Assembly (NCBI GenBank): GCA_016219905.1 | Contig: JACRKA010000351.1 | Span: 2,622-66,621 of the forward strand | DNA from: Verrucomicrobiota bacterium | GTDB taxonomy: Bacteria; Verrucomicrobiota; Verrucomicrobiia; CAIQCK01 | Direction of reading: 5' to 3' | DNA length: 64,000 nt | Shown here: piece by piece, positions 9,361 to 20,828 of the stretch | How the letters are laid out: each line of letters begins with the position of its first letter | Numbering within the stretch: position 1 is the stretch's first letter | Notes under the pieces: generated by a model | The model's database searches: none | What the model saw: only the letters and a program-made list of their open reading frames with translations | What the model was told of the DNA's origin: nothing | Made by a program: the position numbers and the translations under genes

Positions 9361-10383
9361 ATGAATGAAAAAGTGGCGCACTTGATGGACCGCGCGGTGA
9401 TCCGTTTCGCGACCAACATGATGCGCGACGGTCACAGCGATCACGAGAACCATCCCGAGCAGAAGGAGCTTTGGCAGGCCTACCCGCGCACGCTCGGCTC
9501 GTGGGAGACGCTCTTCGCGCTGCCGGAGCCGCTGACAGATGTGGAGCAATGCCTCAGCCGGCCGCTCTGGCTCGGCCCGGCCACGCACCGGTCGTTTCAT
9601 TTTCCCAGCCCGGTCACGACGCCGTGGGAGATCAACAACCGCGTCGGGGGCGATTACTTCGAGGGTCACGGACCCGACGCGCGCCAGCGGCCCACGGTGC
9701 TGCTGTTGCACGGCTGGAACACAAACATCGCCTACTATCTTAATTACTGCCGCACCGGCCATCGCTTCGCGCGGCGCGGGATCAACTGCGCGTTGATGCA
9801 CCTGCCCTACCACGTGGACCGCAAGCCGAACCGCTGGAAGGAATACTTCCTGACCGAAAACATCGCGCACACTGTGCAGGCCGTGCAGCAGGCGGTCATC
9901 GAGGCGCGCGTCGTGTTGCGCTGGCTGCGCGCGCGGCAGTCCGGCCCCGTCGGCATCTGGGGCATCAGCCTCGGCGGCTGGATCGCGAGCATCGTCGCCT
10001 GTGTGGAGAAGGAGCTGGATTTTGCCGTGCTGATGACGCCCGCGGTCCGGCTCGACCGCCAGGTGTGGGAACTCAAGTTCCTCGCCGCGATGAAGGAGAG
10101 CCTGCTTGCCCAAGGCGCGACGCGCGAGGACATCATCCGCATCGCGGAGCCGCTGCTGCCGAAGTTCCACAAGCCGCTCATCGAACGCGAACGCATCCTG
10201 ATCCTCGAGGCGCTCTACGACCAGTTCCTCGGGCCGGAGACGATTGACGAGCTTTGGCAGGCGTGGGACAAGCCGCCCATCGAACGTTATCGGCACGGCC
10301 ACATCAGCATCCTGATGGATGCCCGCGTCCTGGGCCGCACGGCGGATTTCATCAAGACCATGACGCGCCGCACGGAGCCTTGA
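9361..10383 (+). CDS. Alpha/beta-fold hydrolase of unknown specificity.
   Basis: HGW oxyanion-hole region and nucleophile elbow GISLGG, with a predicted Ser-Asp-His arrangement. First gene of a plus-strand cassette together with the ABC transporter. Confidence 0.7.
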   Translation: MNEKVAHLMDRAVIRFATNMMRDGHSDHENHPEQKELWQAYPRTLGSWETLFALPEPLTDVEQCLSRPLWLGPATHRSFHFPSPVTTPWEINNRVGGDYFEGHGPDARQRPTVLLLHGWNTNIAYYLNYCRTGHRFARRGINCALMHLPYHVDRKPNRWKEYFLTENIAHTVQAVQQAVIEARVVLRWLRARQSGPVGIWGISLGGWIASIVACVEKELDFAVLMTPAVRLDRQVWELKFLAAMKESLLAQGATREDIIRIAEPLLPKFHKPLIERERILILEALYDQFLGPETIDELWQAWDKPPIERYRHGHISILMDARVLGRTADFIKTMTRRTEP

Positions 10384-10391
10384 ACCACCCC

Positions 10392-11140
<749 letters not shown>

Positions 11141-11144
<4 letters not shown>

Positions 11145-11938
11145 ACCTCCGCCGCATCAACGCCCTGTTGCTCCGCTACCTGCTGCTCTACCGCCAGAGC
11201 TGGACGCGGGTGATGGAGATTTTCTTCTGGCCGGTGATGGACCTGCTGGTCTGGGGCTTCCTGACCAACTACCTCATCAACGTCGGCGCGGGCAGCGTGC
11301 CGGCGATGGTGACGTTCCTCATCGGCTCGATGATCTTCTGGGACCTGCTCTACCGCGCGCAACAGGGCGTGACCATCTCGTTCCTCGAAGATGTCTGGGC
11401 GCGCAATCTCCTGAACATCTTCGTTGCGCCCGTGACCATCACCGAGTTCCTCGTCGCCACGTTTGCGCTGGGCATCATCAAGGTGCTCGTCAACGGCCTG
11501 GTGCTGGCGCTGCTCGCATGGGCGCTCTACGCGTTCAACATTTTCCAACTTGGTTTCACGCTGATCCCGTTTGTGTTGAGCCTGATGTTGATGGGCTGGG
11601 CGATGGGCATGGCGACGGTGGCGTTGATCATGCGCTGGGGCCACGCCGCCGAGGCGCTCGCCTGGGGCATCCCGTTCCTGGTCCAGCCACTGTCCGCGGT
11701 GTTCTACCCCGTCAGCGTCCTGCCGCAGTGGTTGCAGCCCGTCGCGTGGGCATTGCCCTGCACCTATGTCTTTGAAGGCATGAGGGAGGTGCTGCGCAGC
11801 GGCCAGGTGCCGTGGGAAATGTTCTGGTGGTCGCTGGGCCTCAACGTGGTCTATCTCGCCGCCTCGGCGCTGTTCTTCCGCTACCTCTTCGGCGTCGTCC
11901 GCGTGCGCGGGCTGCTGGGCAAGTTGGGGGCGGAGTGA
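11141..11938 (+). CDS. ABC-2 family transporter permease.
   Basis: Six TM helices. The start ATG overlaps the ATPase stop (ATGA) at 11141. The ORF-track upstream extension lies in another frame's noise. Confidence 0.85.
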
Positions 11939-12012
11939 AGGCGGCGGCCAGCTTTTGCTTGAAATCGCCGGCGAGAACGGGTTTCCTACGTGGCTATCGA
12001 AAGGATCCTCTT

Positions 12013-12285
12013 ATGAAAAAACTGAGCCGTTATCTCACACTCACCATCGCTGCCGCATTCCTAGCCGTTTCGGCCAGCGTTTATGCCGCCCCGTGCTGCG
12101 ACGAGATCGTCGAAAAGGCCAAGAAGGGCAAGGCGTGCGCCTTCTGCGCCGAAAAGGACTGCTGCAAGGAAGCCGTCAAGAGGCTTGGCGAGGAAGCCAA
12201 GGCCTGCTCCAAGGCCCGCTGCAAGAAAAAGGCGGGTGCGGGCAAGGAAGGCGAGAAGAAGGAAGGCAAAGAGAAGAAGCAATAA
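12013..12285 (+). CDS. Small (91 aa) secreted protein rich in cysteine and lysine, with a Sec signal peptide.
   Basis: N-terminal signal peptide MKKLSRYLTLTIAAAFLAVSASVYA. Eight Cys in CC/CxxC arrangements and a Lys-rich tail (KKEGKEKKQ). An intrinsic terminator follows. Confidence 0.65.
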   Translation: MKKLSRYLTLTIAAAFLAVSASVYAAPCCDEIVEKAKKGKACAFCAEKDCCKEAVKRLGEEAKACSKARCKKKAGAGKEGEKKEGKEKKQ

Positions 12286-12322
12286 CCTCTCGCCGGGACA
12301 AGTTCCGGCACACAAACTCAAC

Positions 12323-12359
12323 GGGCCGCTGGACGTGTCCAGCGGCCCGTTTGTTTTTC
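12323..12359 (+). terminator. Rho-independent terminator.
   Basis: Perfect 11-bp stem gggccgctgga/tccagcggccc with a 4-nt loop, followed by gtttgtttttc. Confidence 0.8.
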
Positions 12360-12401
12360 ACACTTGTTGGACGCTCAGCGCACCACCGCTACCGCCAGAG
12401 C

Positions 12402-14132
12402 TTAACCCGCCGCGGCGCTCACAGCCTCGGCGGCCTCGTTCTTCTCATAGAACGTCGGCGGCTCGTAGGTCCAGCCATTGCGGAGGCGACGGTCTTCACG
12501 ACACAGCATGAAGTAGGCGTATCGGCCACCCAACGCGGCCACCAGTCTCGCCTTCAGTCCGAACTCCCCGCAGATGTCCTTCAAAACGCGTGAGGCCCTG
12601 GCCGATACTCGCGGATTGGAACGGAACCACTTCCGGGGTGCCCACAGCGCGGCGGCGTAGGTGACCGCCAGGTCGCGTGCTTCCCACCGGAAGCGCTCGC
12701 GAATCCGATTGTCCGGGTGGTTCTTGTAGCGGCGCCAGCCCTGGAGGATGGTCCGGGCCATCCGCAGCGCGCTCGGCCCGTTGACCTCGAAGTCGCGATT
12801 GAAGGCGCGCAAGAGGTATTCGGTCTCCTGGCCGTCCTTGATGTGCGGGTGCTTGTAGTTGAACTTGAATTGGCCGTGGAGGTCGGCATCGAGATACTCG
12901 GGGTGCTGCAGGAGAGAGCCGTCGGCCCTCAGTTGCTCGTGCAACGGTGTGCCGGGGCTGGCCGAGTAAAGCATGAACTGGTGAAACTCGGTGTCGTGGC
13001 TGACGGCGTAATCAATCGCCTCGTCAATGTTCGCCGGCGTGTGCTCCTCCAACCCGATGATGGTCGAGCCGAGCACGCGGACTCCGTGGGACTGGAGCGT
13101 GCTGATCAGCGCGTGCGTGTTGGATCCCTTCAGCTTGTCATACTTCGAGTTCTTGCCTTCAAGGCCCATCCACACCCACGAGATGCCCAGCCCGACGATC
13201 TGCTCCATCGTGTAGGTGCGGAGCGTGTTGGCCGAACTGAAGATGTAGAGGGACCACGACTTGTTGTGCTCGATCATCAGGTCGAGCAACCGGAGCGCGC
13301 GTTTCTTGTGCAGCAGGAAGTTCTCGTCCATCACGAAGAACGAGCGGACTTTCATCGCGTCTTCCAGCTCGCACATGACCTTGAACAACGCGTCGCCGGT
13401 CTCGTAGAAGTGGACGAAGTTCCCCTTGCCGCCGAACATCGCCGAGGTCGCGCAGAAGTTGCACCCCATCGGGCAGCCCACCGACGGGATCAACGTGGCC
13501 GCCACGTCACCCGGTTTCTCGCTCAGCGGGACGCCCATCGTCCGCCCGCCGATGCCGGAGATGATGCGCGGATGGCGGATCGGCGCGTCCACGTCCTCGC
13601 CGAGGAACCGGCGCATCCAACGCACGCCCTCGCCCTTGACGATGTAGTCCGCGTCAATGCGCTGCTCCAGTTGGCGAATGTTGGACACATGCCCGCCGAT
13701 CACAATCGCCGCCTTCGGCTGGTGCTGCCGGATCAGTTCGCACATCTTCTGCACCTTCGTCACGTTCGGCATGATCGCGCTGATGCCGATCACGTCGTAG
13801 GTCTTCGTGCGAATCTCCTCGATGAAGCGGTCCAGCGTCGGGAAATCCAGCAGCGTGCAGGGCGCGTGGATGTTGGCATGGATCAGCATCAGCCCCCACG
13901 AGCGATGGAACATCCGCACCGAAAACGCCTCCTGCGTCCGTGTCACCTGGCTGTGGTAAAGCTCCATCGGCTTGATGGCGCGGCTGCCGAACTCGTCGTC
14001 CGTGGCGTAAGGGCCAAAGACGCCCGTCAACAGCACGCGAGCTCGCGATCCCAAGGGATGAACCGGCGTATCCAGAACTTCCGTCGGCCCAGAAACAAAG
14101 GTTGTTGCCATAATATGATCCGGCCTTCGCAC
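12402..14132 (-). CDS. B12-binding-domain radical SAM protein (class B rSAM).
   Basis: N-terminal cobalamin-binding Rossmann region. Radical SAM CxxxCxxC = CPMGCNFC. Long C-terminal extension of the kind seen in class B rSAM enzymes. Confidence 0.85.
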   Translation of the reverse strand: MRRPDHIMATTFVSGPTEVLDTPVHPLGSRARVLLTGVFGPYATDDEFGSRAIKPMELYHSQVTRTQEAFSVRMFHRSWGLMLIHANIHAPCTLLDFPTLDRFIEEIRTKTYDVIGISAIMPNVTKVQKMCELIRQHQPKAAIVIGGHVSNIRQLEQRIDADYIVKGEGVRWMRRFLGEDVDAPIRHPRIISGIGGRTMGVPLSEKPGDVAATLIPSVGCPMGCNFCATSAMFGGKGNFVHFYETGDALFKVMCELEDAMKVRSFFVMDENFLLHKKRALRLLDLMIEHNKSWSLYIFSSANTLRTYTMEQIVGLGISWVWMGLEGKNSKYDKLKGSNTHALISTLQSHGVRVLGSTIIGLEEHTPANIDEAIDYAVSHDTEFHQFMLYSASPGTPLHEQLRADGSLLQHPEYLDADLHGQFKFNYKHPHIKDGQETEYLLRAFNRDFEVNGPSALRMARTILQGWRRYKNHPDNRIRERFRWEARDLAVTYAAALWAPRKWFRSNPRVSARASRVLKDICGEFGLKARLVAALGGRYAYFMLCREDRRLRNGWTYEPPTFYEKNEAAEAVSAAAG

Positions 14133-14285
14133 AGCACGGAATGTGTCAAAACGAAGGACTCACGCCCTGCATACGAGCGGCCAGACGCTGCAACTTAACA
14201 CCACCGGGATGATTTAGAACAGACAAACTTTCTGCCATGTCTGCTATTTTGGGCGGGCGCCGCCTTCCGGCCCGTTCGCCTTTCA

Positions 14286-14981
14286 TCAACCCTCGTTGAA
14301 ACACAGCGTCGCGTGCCACTTCTTGTAAAGCTCCACCGTGGCGCGGCAGTCCCCCAGGCAGTAGCGTGCGATCTCCTTCTGGCGGCCCTCGGCGAAAAGC
14401 TTGTTCATGTCGAGGCCGGTGATGCCGCCCGCCTTCGGACTTTCGATGCCGAACGTCCTGCAATAATAATCGAGATTGAACTTCCGCGTCGCGCCATAGA
14501 ACGAGAGCTGCTCCAGCAGGTCCACCATGTCCTTCGCGTATCGGTTGCCCATGAGATTGCGCGAGGGCCGCACGCCGAGGATCGCGCTGCGCAGCATCAC
14601 AAACGGGCAATCGAACGTGCGCCCGTTGAACGTCACCAGCCGGTCGTAGCGCTTCACCACGTCCCAGAACCCGGCGAGGATGTCTTCCTCCATGCCGGAG
14701 GAAAACTCGACCAGGCCATCCTCGCTCGCCCACTCCTCCGCGTCGTCGGATTGGTAGAGCACCTTCCCCTTCCCCGTGTCCACGTTGAGCATGCCGATGG
14801 CGATCACCTGTGCAGTCGGCGCGGTCAGGTTGAGTTGCTGGATGACCTCGGCGCGTTTGGCCGCCCGCGCCTCCCCGGTCGGCTCGCGCTCGGCATAGCG
14901 CATCAGGTATTCCTTCTGCGCCTCGTCCAGGGAATCAAAGTCACACCCGGCCGTCTCGATGTCGAAGAGGAGAGTAGTCAT
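14286..14981 (-). CDS. RNase H-like 3'-5' exonuclease (PolB-exonuclease-domain-related, DEDD type).
   Basis: Exo I motif LLFDIETAG. Downstream acidic and Tyr residues consistent with the DEDDy family. Confidence 0.7.
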   Translation of the reverse strand: MTTLLFDIETAGCDFDSLDEAQKEYLMRYAEREPTGEARAAKRAEVIQQLNLTAPTAQVIAIGMLNVDTGKGKVLYQSDDAEEWASEDGLVEFSSGMEEDILAGFWDVVKRYDRLVTFNGRTFDCPFVMLRSAILGVRPSRNLMGNRYAKDMVDLLEQLSFYGATRKFNLDYYCRTFGIESPKAGGITGLDMNKLFAEGRQKEIARYCLGDCRATVELYKKWHATLCFNEG

Positions 14982-15057
14982 GGCAGGAGGATTGTAACCG
15001 CGAATCGCCGCAGATAAACGCGGAAATTAGCCGGCCCTGCGTTCGTCCGCGGCCCCA

Positions 15058-15435
15058 TCAAACCCCGAACGACTCGCCGCAAGAGCAACTGCTGGTCGCG
15101 TTCGGGTTCTTGATCTTGAACCCGCCGGCCACCAACGCGTCGGACCAGTCCAGCTCGGAGCCGGTGAGGTAGAGCGCGCTCTTGCCGTCGGTGACCACGC
15201 GCCCGCCACCGCTCTCCACAAGGATGTCGTTTGGCTTGAAAGCGTCCACGATGTCGAGCTTGTAGCTGAGGCCGGAACACCCGCCGCCCACGATGGAGAT
15301 GCGCAACGCCCCCTCCGGCCGGGCCTGTTTGCCGAGCAGGTCGCGGATTTTCGCGCCGGCGCGCTCCGTGGCCTTGATGAGTTTCTCGTTGCCGAGCCGA
15401 TACGGCGGCGCAGTGATCGTGTTCGCATCGTTCAT
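15058..15435 (-). CDS. Iron-sulfur cluster insertion/assembly protein (IscA/ErpA, HesB family).
   Basis: Conserved Cys triad: GGGCSG...CSCGESF at the C-terminus. Confidence 0.9.
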   Translation of the reverse strand: MNDANTITAPPYRLGNEKLIKATERAGAKIRDLLGKQARPEGALRISIVGGGCSGLSYKLDIVDAFKPNDILVESGGGRVVTDGKSALYLTGSELDWSDALVAGGFKIKNPNATSSCSCGESFGV

Positions 15436-15497
15436 GGTCCGCGGAACCTAGGCGAGCAATGCGCCGCGGTCAAGAAACCCGCGGCCGGCAACTCCGG

Positions 15498-15884
15498 CTA
15501 CTTCGCTGCCGCGTGCGGGACTCTTTGGAAAAGCCGCAGCGCGTTCCCCTCCACGTCCTCGAATTCCGCCAGCCAGAAACCGTGCTCCTTGCGCGGCTCG
15601 TAGTGGAACTTCACGCCGCGCTCCTTCAGTTGCGCGGCGAACTTCTGGATGTCATGGACTTCGAAACTGAGCTTAAAGGCCCCAAGGGCGCCGTCGCTCC
15701 TGGGGTGCTTCTCGCTATGATGCAGCGCGAAATGCGTGTCACCATCCGCAAGCTTGAACTCCACCCAGAACTTGCTGTCAATCAGCGGCTGCCCAAGCCC
15801 CAGCGTTTCGCCGTAGAAGTGCTTCGCCTGCGCCATGTCGCGCACATAGACGAAGATCGTGTTGATCCTCCGAATCGGGTGCAT
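15498..15884 (-). CDS. VOC family protein (glyoxalase / bleomycin-resistance fold).
   Basis: About 128 aa with beta-alpha-beta-beta-beta module pattern; FVYVRDMAQAKHFY and HFALH motifs. Confidence 0.7.
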   Translation of the reverse strand: MHPIRRINTIFVYVRDMAQAKHFYGETLGLGQPLIDSKFWVEFKLADGDTHFALHHSEKHPRSDGALGAFKLSFEVHDIQKFAAQLKERGVKFHYEPRKEHGFWLAEFEDVEGNALRLFQRVPHAAAK

Positions 15885-15902
15885 CGTCGTTTCCCTTTCC
15901 CT

Positions 15903-17327
15903 TTACTTCATGAACCGGCCCGCCACGTCGAACGCCCACGCCACGAACGGCCCTTGATACACGCCGATCAGCAACGTCGCGCCCATCACGCACCACAGCG
16001 TGGCTTTCATCGGCAGGCTCACCGCGATCGCGCCTTCGTCCCGCGGCTCCTGCCAATACATCGCCTTGACCACACCTAGATAATAGTAGAGAGACGCCAC
16101 AACGCCAACTGCGCCGACCGCCGCCAGCCACCAAAGCTGCTGCCCGATCACCGCCGACAAAACGAGGAACTTCGCGAAGAACCCCGCCATCGGCGGCACG
16201 CCCGCCAGTGACACCAGCGCCACCGTCATCGCCGCCGCCAGCAACGGCGACCGCCGCGCCAGGCCCGCGTAGCTCGCGATCTCGTCATCGGCCGTCGCGT
16301 GGGCCAGGCACACGATCACCAGGAACGCACCGAGAGTCGTGAACACGTATGCGAACAGGTAGAACAACACCGCGCCCGTGCCGAACGCCGTCGCCGCCGC
16401 CACGCCCAGCAGCAGGAAACCCGCGTGGCTGATGCTGGAGTAGCCGAGCAGCCGTTTGATGTTCTTCTGCGGGATGGCCGCAAGGTTGCCGTAGAGAATC
16501 GTCACCGCGGCCAGCACCGCAATCAGCGCGACCCACGTCGCCTTCATCGGCAGCAGGCCGCCGTAAAGCAGACGCAGCAGCAGCGCGAAGCCCGCCGCCT
16601 TCGAGCCGACCGCCAGAAACGCCGTCACCGGCGACGGCGCGCCCTGATACACGTCCGGCACCCAGATCTGGAACGGCACGCTGGCCACCTTGAATCCAAG
16701 CCCCGCCAGCACCAGCAGCACGCCGAGCAGCACGAGGCCGGTTGCGCCCTTCGCGCTCAGGAACTCCGCCAGCCCCGCGAAACTCGTGGTGTTGGTCGCG
16801 CCATAGATGAACGTGATGCCATAAACCAAAAACGCCGACGAGAGCGCGCCGAGGATCAGATACTTCACGCCCGCCTCCAGCGACGCCACCTGCCGCCGCA
16901 GGAAGCTCGTCAGGATGTAGAAGCTCACCGTCACCAACTCCAGCGCCACGAACAGCATCACAAAATCGCTCACCGACGCCGTCAGCATCATGCCCGTGCA
17001 CGCGAACAGGATCAGCGCGAAGAACTCGCCGACGCCGGACTCAATCTTGCCGGCAAAACCAACCGACATCACTGTCACGAGGATCGTCGCGATCAAGAAC
17101 AGCCGTTTGAAAAACAAGGCCAGCGCGTCGTTGATCCACATGCCGTGGAACCCGGCACCCTCCACCATCCCGCCCCAGAAGCTCCACGCCAGGATTGCCG
17201 TCAAACCGGCGGCGCTGATCGCGCCGAGGAAACGCTTGTCGTCGCGCCGCGTGAACACGTCGAGCATCAGCACCAGCATCGCAAGCCCGGCGGTGGCGAT
17301 CTCCAGTTTGAGAAGCGAAAGGTTCAT
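15903..17327 (-). CDS. nuoN: NADH-quinone oxidoreductase subunit N.
   Basis: 14-TM antiporter-like subunit; last gene of the nuo cluster. Overlaps the nuoM stop. Confidence 0.93.
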   Translation of the reverse strand: MNLSLLKLEIATAGLAMLVLMLDVFTRRDDKRFLGAISAAGLTAILAWSFWGGMVEGAGFHGMWINDALALFFKRLFLIATILVTVMSVGFAGKIESGVGEFFALILFACTGMMLTASVSDFVMLFVALELVTVSFYILTSFLRRQVASLEAGVKYLILGALSSAFLVYGITFIYGATNTTSFAGLAEFLSAKGATGLVLLGVLLVLAGLGFKVASVPFQIWVPDVYQGAPSPVTAFLAVGSKAAGFALLLRLLYGGLLPMKATWVALIAVLAAVTILYGNLAAIPQKNIKRLLGYSSISHAGFLLLGVAAATAFGTGAVLFYLFAYVFTTLGAFLVIVCLAHATADDEIASYAGLARRSPLLAAAMTVALVSLAGVPPMAGFFAKFLVLSAVIGQQLWWLAAVGAVGVVASLYYYLGVVKAMYWQEPRDEGAIAVSLPMKATLWCVMGATLLIGVYQGPFVAWAFDVAGRFMK

Positions 17328-17328
17328 G

Positions 17329-18927
17329 TCACTTGGCTGGCTTCACGGCGCGCTTGGCTTGGACCGGTTTCGGCTTCGGCGGCAGCGGTTCCCTGGCCTT
17401 CGTCTTCTCCATCGCCTCGACCACGGCGATGGCCGCCGGCTTGATCGTGTCCACTAGTTCGCGCGGATAAACGCCCGCCCAGATCAACGCGCCGAGCAGC
17501 ACGACGTAGGGCAGCTTGGCGGGAAAGTTTGCGTCGCTCAACTGCTGCCATTTCGCCGGCAGCACGCCAAAGCAGACATCGCGCACCGCACGCAACATAT
17601 AGACCGCGCCGAGCACCGCCCCGCCCCAGATGGCCACGATCACCGGCCACGACAGCGTCGCCCCGCCCACTTTCACGCCCCAGGCTTTCACCTGCCACGC
17701 GCCGAAGAGCACCATCACTTCGCTGGGGAAGTTGGCGAAGCCCGGCAGGCCGATGGACGCAAACCCCGCCATCACGATCGCCGTGCCGATGAACGGCATC
17801 CGTTTGCACAGGCCACCCAATTCCGACATCTCCCGCGTGCCCGTCTGCGCGAAGAAAAAGCCGCTCAGCGCGAACGCCAGCGCCGCCGAAAGGCCGTGCG
17901 CAAACATCAGCAGCACCGTGCCGGTAATGCCGAGGTAAGTGAAGGTGGCGATGCCAAGAAACGCAAAGCCCATGTGCGCGACGCTGGAATAGCCAAGCAA
18001 GTAGTTGAAGTTCTTCTGCCGCATCGCCACGAGGCCGCCATAAACGATGTTGCCCAGCAGCAGCGCCAGCAGCAGCCAGTTCCAGTCCTCCGCGCCACTG
18101 GGCAGCACCGGCAGCACGATCCGCAGCAGCGCGTAGAGGCCGAACTTCTTCAGCACGCCGGCGTGGAGCATCGCCGTCGCCGTCGGCGCGCAGCCGTAGC
18201 CGATGGGCGCCCACGTGTGCAGCGGCACCAGCGACACCAGCGCGCCCAGCCCGAACAACAGCAGCGGATAGACGAGATGCTGGAAGCCCGCGCTGAACGG
18301 CTGGCCCTTGGCGAACGCGACCAGTTTCACCACGTCGAAGGTGCGCTCGTCCGCCGGCAGGCCGACATAGAGCGCGATGAGGCCGAAGAGCGCCACCAGC
18401 GCGCCCGCGCTCAGGTAGAGCGTCATCTTCATCGCCGCGTATTCGCGCTGGCCGCTGCCCCAGATGCCGATCATCAGGAACGTCGGGATCAGCGCCAGTT
18501 CGTGGAAGAAGTAGATGAAGAAGATGTCCAGCGACGCGAACATGCCCATCGCTCCGCTGAGGATGATCATCAGCAGGACGTAGAACTCCTTCTGCCGCTT
18601 CGTCACGTCCCACGCCACGAGCGTCGCCGCGAAGCCAACCAATCCCGTCAGCAGGATCATCACCACGCTGATGCCATCCACGCCGACGTGCCAGCTCAGG
18701 TCCAGAGGCGCGACCCACGTTATCTTCTGCACCATCTGAAACCCGGCGTCCGACGAGTTGAACCGCGTGTAGATCATCACGCTGAGCACGCCGGTCAACA
18801 GCGAGCCAAGAATCGAGAGCCACCGGATGGCCGCCGCCGATGTCGGCCGCAGACAACATACGATCACCGCAAACGCCAGCGGCGTCAGGATCGCGCAGTT
18901 CAGCAGGCTGTAGGAGTCGAAGATCAT
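17329..18927 (-). CDS. nuoM: NADH-quinone oxidoreductase subunit M.
   Basis: Antiporter-like subunit; order L-M-N conserved. Confidence 0.93.
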   Translation of the reverse strand: MIFDSYSLLNCAILTPLAFAVIVCCLRPTSAAAIRWLSILGSLLTGVLSVMIYTRFNSSDAGFQMVQKITWVAPLDLSWHVGVDGISVVMILLTGLVGFAATLVAWDVTKRQKEFYVLLMIILSGAMGMFASLDIFFIYFFHELALIPTFLMIGIWGSGQREYAAMKMTLYLSAGALVALFGLIALYVGLPADERTFDVVKLVAFAKGQPFSAGFQHLVYPLLLFGLGALVSLVPLHTWAPIGYGCAPTATAMLHAGVLKKFGLYALLRIVLPVLPSGAEDWNWLLLALLLGNIVYGGLVAMRQKNFNYLLGYSSVAHMGFAFLGIATFTYLGITGTVLLMFAHGLSAALAFALSGFFFAQTGTREMSELGGLCKRMPFIGTAIVMAGFASIGLPGFANFPSEVMVLFGAWQVKAWGVKVGGATLSWPVIVAIWGGAVLGAVYMLRAVRDVCFGVLPAKWQQLSDANFPAKLPYVVLLGALIWAGVYPRELVDTIKPAAIAVVEAMEKTKAREPLPPKPKPVQAKRAVKPAK

Positions 18928-20825
18928 TGCATGACCACGTAGTAGAGAATGATGACCAGGCCGGCCGCGAACAGGAACGCGTAGGTCTGCAGGTTGCCGG
19001 TCTGGAAAAGCTGCAACATCTTGCCCAGCGTTTGCGCCACGGCCGCCGTGCCGCGCACGCCCAATCCCGCGATGACCCAGCGGTCCACGAGGTCGCAGAG
19101 CGCGGCCAGCCCGCCTTGCACGTATTTCACCAAGGCGAGGTAGAACTCATCGAAGCCGAACTTGTGCCACAGGATCGTGTGCAGCAGCGGAAACTTGGTC
19201 TTGATCGGGTCCTCCGCCGGCTCGCCATAGTAAAATGCAAACGCCAGCGCCAGGCCCATCACAAACGCCAGCATCGCCAGCGCGAGGACGTTGCCGCCGG
19301 CCGGCACTTCGCTCAGTCCCTTCTCGCCCACCAGCCAGCCGGGAATGCCCATCCACGTGTAGCCGCCGATGACGGAAAGTATCGCCAGCACAATCAGCGG
19401 GCCGAGCACCACCCACGGGCTTTCCTTCACCTTGCCCGCCGCCTCGCTGCGCGGCTGGCCGAGGAACGCGACAAACAACAGGCGGAACATGTAGAAGCTC
19501 GTGAACCCGGCGGTCACCGCCGCCAGCACGAACAGGTCGTCGTTGCGCTCGTGCGCCAAACCGAGAATCGTCTCTTTGCTGAAGAACCCGCTCAGTCCCG
19601 GAAACCCGGTCAGTGCCAGCAAGCCGACGGTGAAGCACGCGGTCGTGATCGGCATCTTTTTCCAAAGCCCGCCCATCTTCCAGATGTCCTGCTCGCCGTG
19701 ATGGAAGCCGATGATCACGCTGCCGGCGCTCAGGAACAGCAGAGCCTTGAAGAACGCGTGTGTCGAGAGATGGAACATCGCCGGCATGTAGCCGTTGACC
19801 TGCGGCACGCTCAGGCCCACCGCCATCACCATGTAACCAAGCTGGCTCAGCGTCGAGTAGGCCAGGATGCGCTTGATGTCGTTCTGCTGGCACGCGATGA
19901 CCGCCGAGAGCAATGCCGTCAGGCCGCCGATCCATGCGATCACATCCATCGCCGCCGGGCTGGCGAACACCAGGAACGACACGCGGCACAGCATATACAC
20001 GCCCGCTGCCACCATCGTCGCCGCGTGGATGAGCGCGCTGACCGGCGTCGGGCCTTCCATCGCGTCCGGCAACCACACGTGCAGCGGCAACTGCGCGCTC
20101 TTGCCGACCGCGCCGCAGAAGATCAACAGCGCCGCGATCGTCAGCACGCCGCCGCCTATTTCGTGCGAATGCACCTTCAGGTAGTTGCGGATGTCGCTGA
20201 AGTCCACGCTCCCGGTCACGTTCCAGACCAGCAGGATGCCGAGCAGGAAACCGAAGTCGCCGATGCGGTTGACGATGAACGCCTTCTTGCCGGCCTCGGC
20301 CGCGGCGGGCCGTTGATACCAGTAGCCGATGAGCAGGTAACTCGACACGCCGACCAGCTCCCAGAACACAAACATCATCACCAGGTTGCCGGAGAAGACG
20401 ATGCCGAGCATCGAGAACACGAAGAACGACAGCTTCGCGAAGAACCGGTTGATGCCCGGATCGCCGTGCATGTAGCCGACGGAATAGACGAAGATGCACA
20501 GCGACACCACGCACACGATCATCGCCATCATCACGCTCAGGCGGTCGAGCGACCAGTTGACGTTCACCTCCAGGTCGCCCACGTCCAGAAAGCGATAGGT
20601 GGGCGAGGTCATCACGTTGCCGGCCTTCACCGCGTCCAGCGCGAGCCATGCAAACACCGTCGAGCCGAGCAGAAACGCAATGGCAATGACAGGCCCGGCT
20701 GTCCGCTCCATCACCGGGCTGAAGTCGGCGTAGAACGGCGACCGCCGGCAGATCAGCACGATGACCACCGCCGCGCAGAGCGGCCCGGCCAGGATGCGCC
20801 AGAGTAGTCCAGTGACGTCGTCCAT
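18924..20825 (-). CDS. nuoL: NADH-quinone oxidoreductase subunit L.
   Basis: 633 aa antiporter-like subunit with a C-terminal long amphipathic helix region. Confidence 0.93.
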   Translation of the reverse strand: MDDVTGLLWRILAGPLCAAVVIVLICRRSPFYADFSPVMERTAGPVIAIAFLLGSTVFAWLALDAVKAGNVMTSPTYRFLDVGDLEVNVNWSLDRLSVMMAMIVCVVSLCIFVYSVGYMHGDPGINRFFAKLSFFVFSMLGIVFSGNLVMMFVFWELVGVSSYLLIGYWYQRPAAAEAGKKAFIVNRIGDFGFLLGILLVWNVTGSVDFSDIRNYLKVHSHEIGGGVLTIAALLIFCGAVGKSAQLPLHVWLPDAMEGPTPVSALIHAATMVAAGVYMLCRVSFLVFASPAAMDVIAWIGGLTALLSAVIACQQNDIKRILAYSTLSQLGYMVMAVGLSVPQVNGYMPAMFHLSTHAFFKALLFLSAGSVIIGFHHGEQDIWKMGGLWKKMPITTACFTVGLLALTGFPGLSGFFSKETILGLAHERNDDLFVLAAVTAGFTSFYMFRLLFVAFLGQPRSEAAGKVKESPWVVLGPLIVLAILSVIGGYTWMGIPGWLVGEKGLSEVPAGGNVLALAMLAFVMGLALAFAFYYGEPAEDPIKTKFPLLHTILWHKFGFDEFYLALVKYVQGGLAALCDLVDRWVIAGLGVRGTAAVAQTLGKMLQLFQTGNLQTYAFLFAAGLVIILYYVVMQ

Positions 20826-20828
20826 GCT

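Noticed and set aside
14146-15017. Alternative-frame ORFs (195 aa on minus, 234 aa on plus) overlapping the exonuclease gene.
   Set aside because: They overlap a gene with a clear DEDD exonuclease motif and have low-complexity Arg/Ala-rich translation, consistent with GC-driven open frames.
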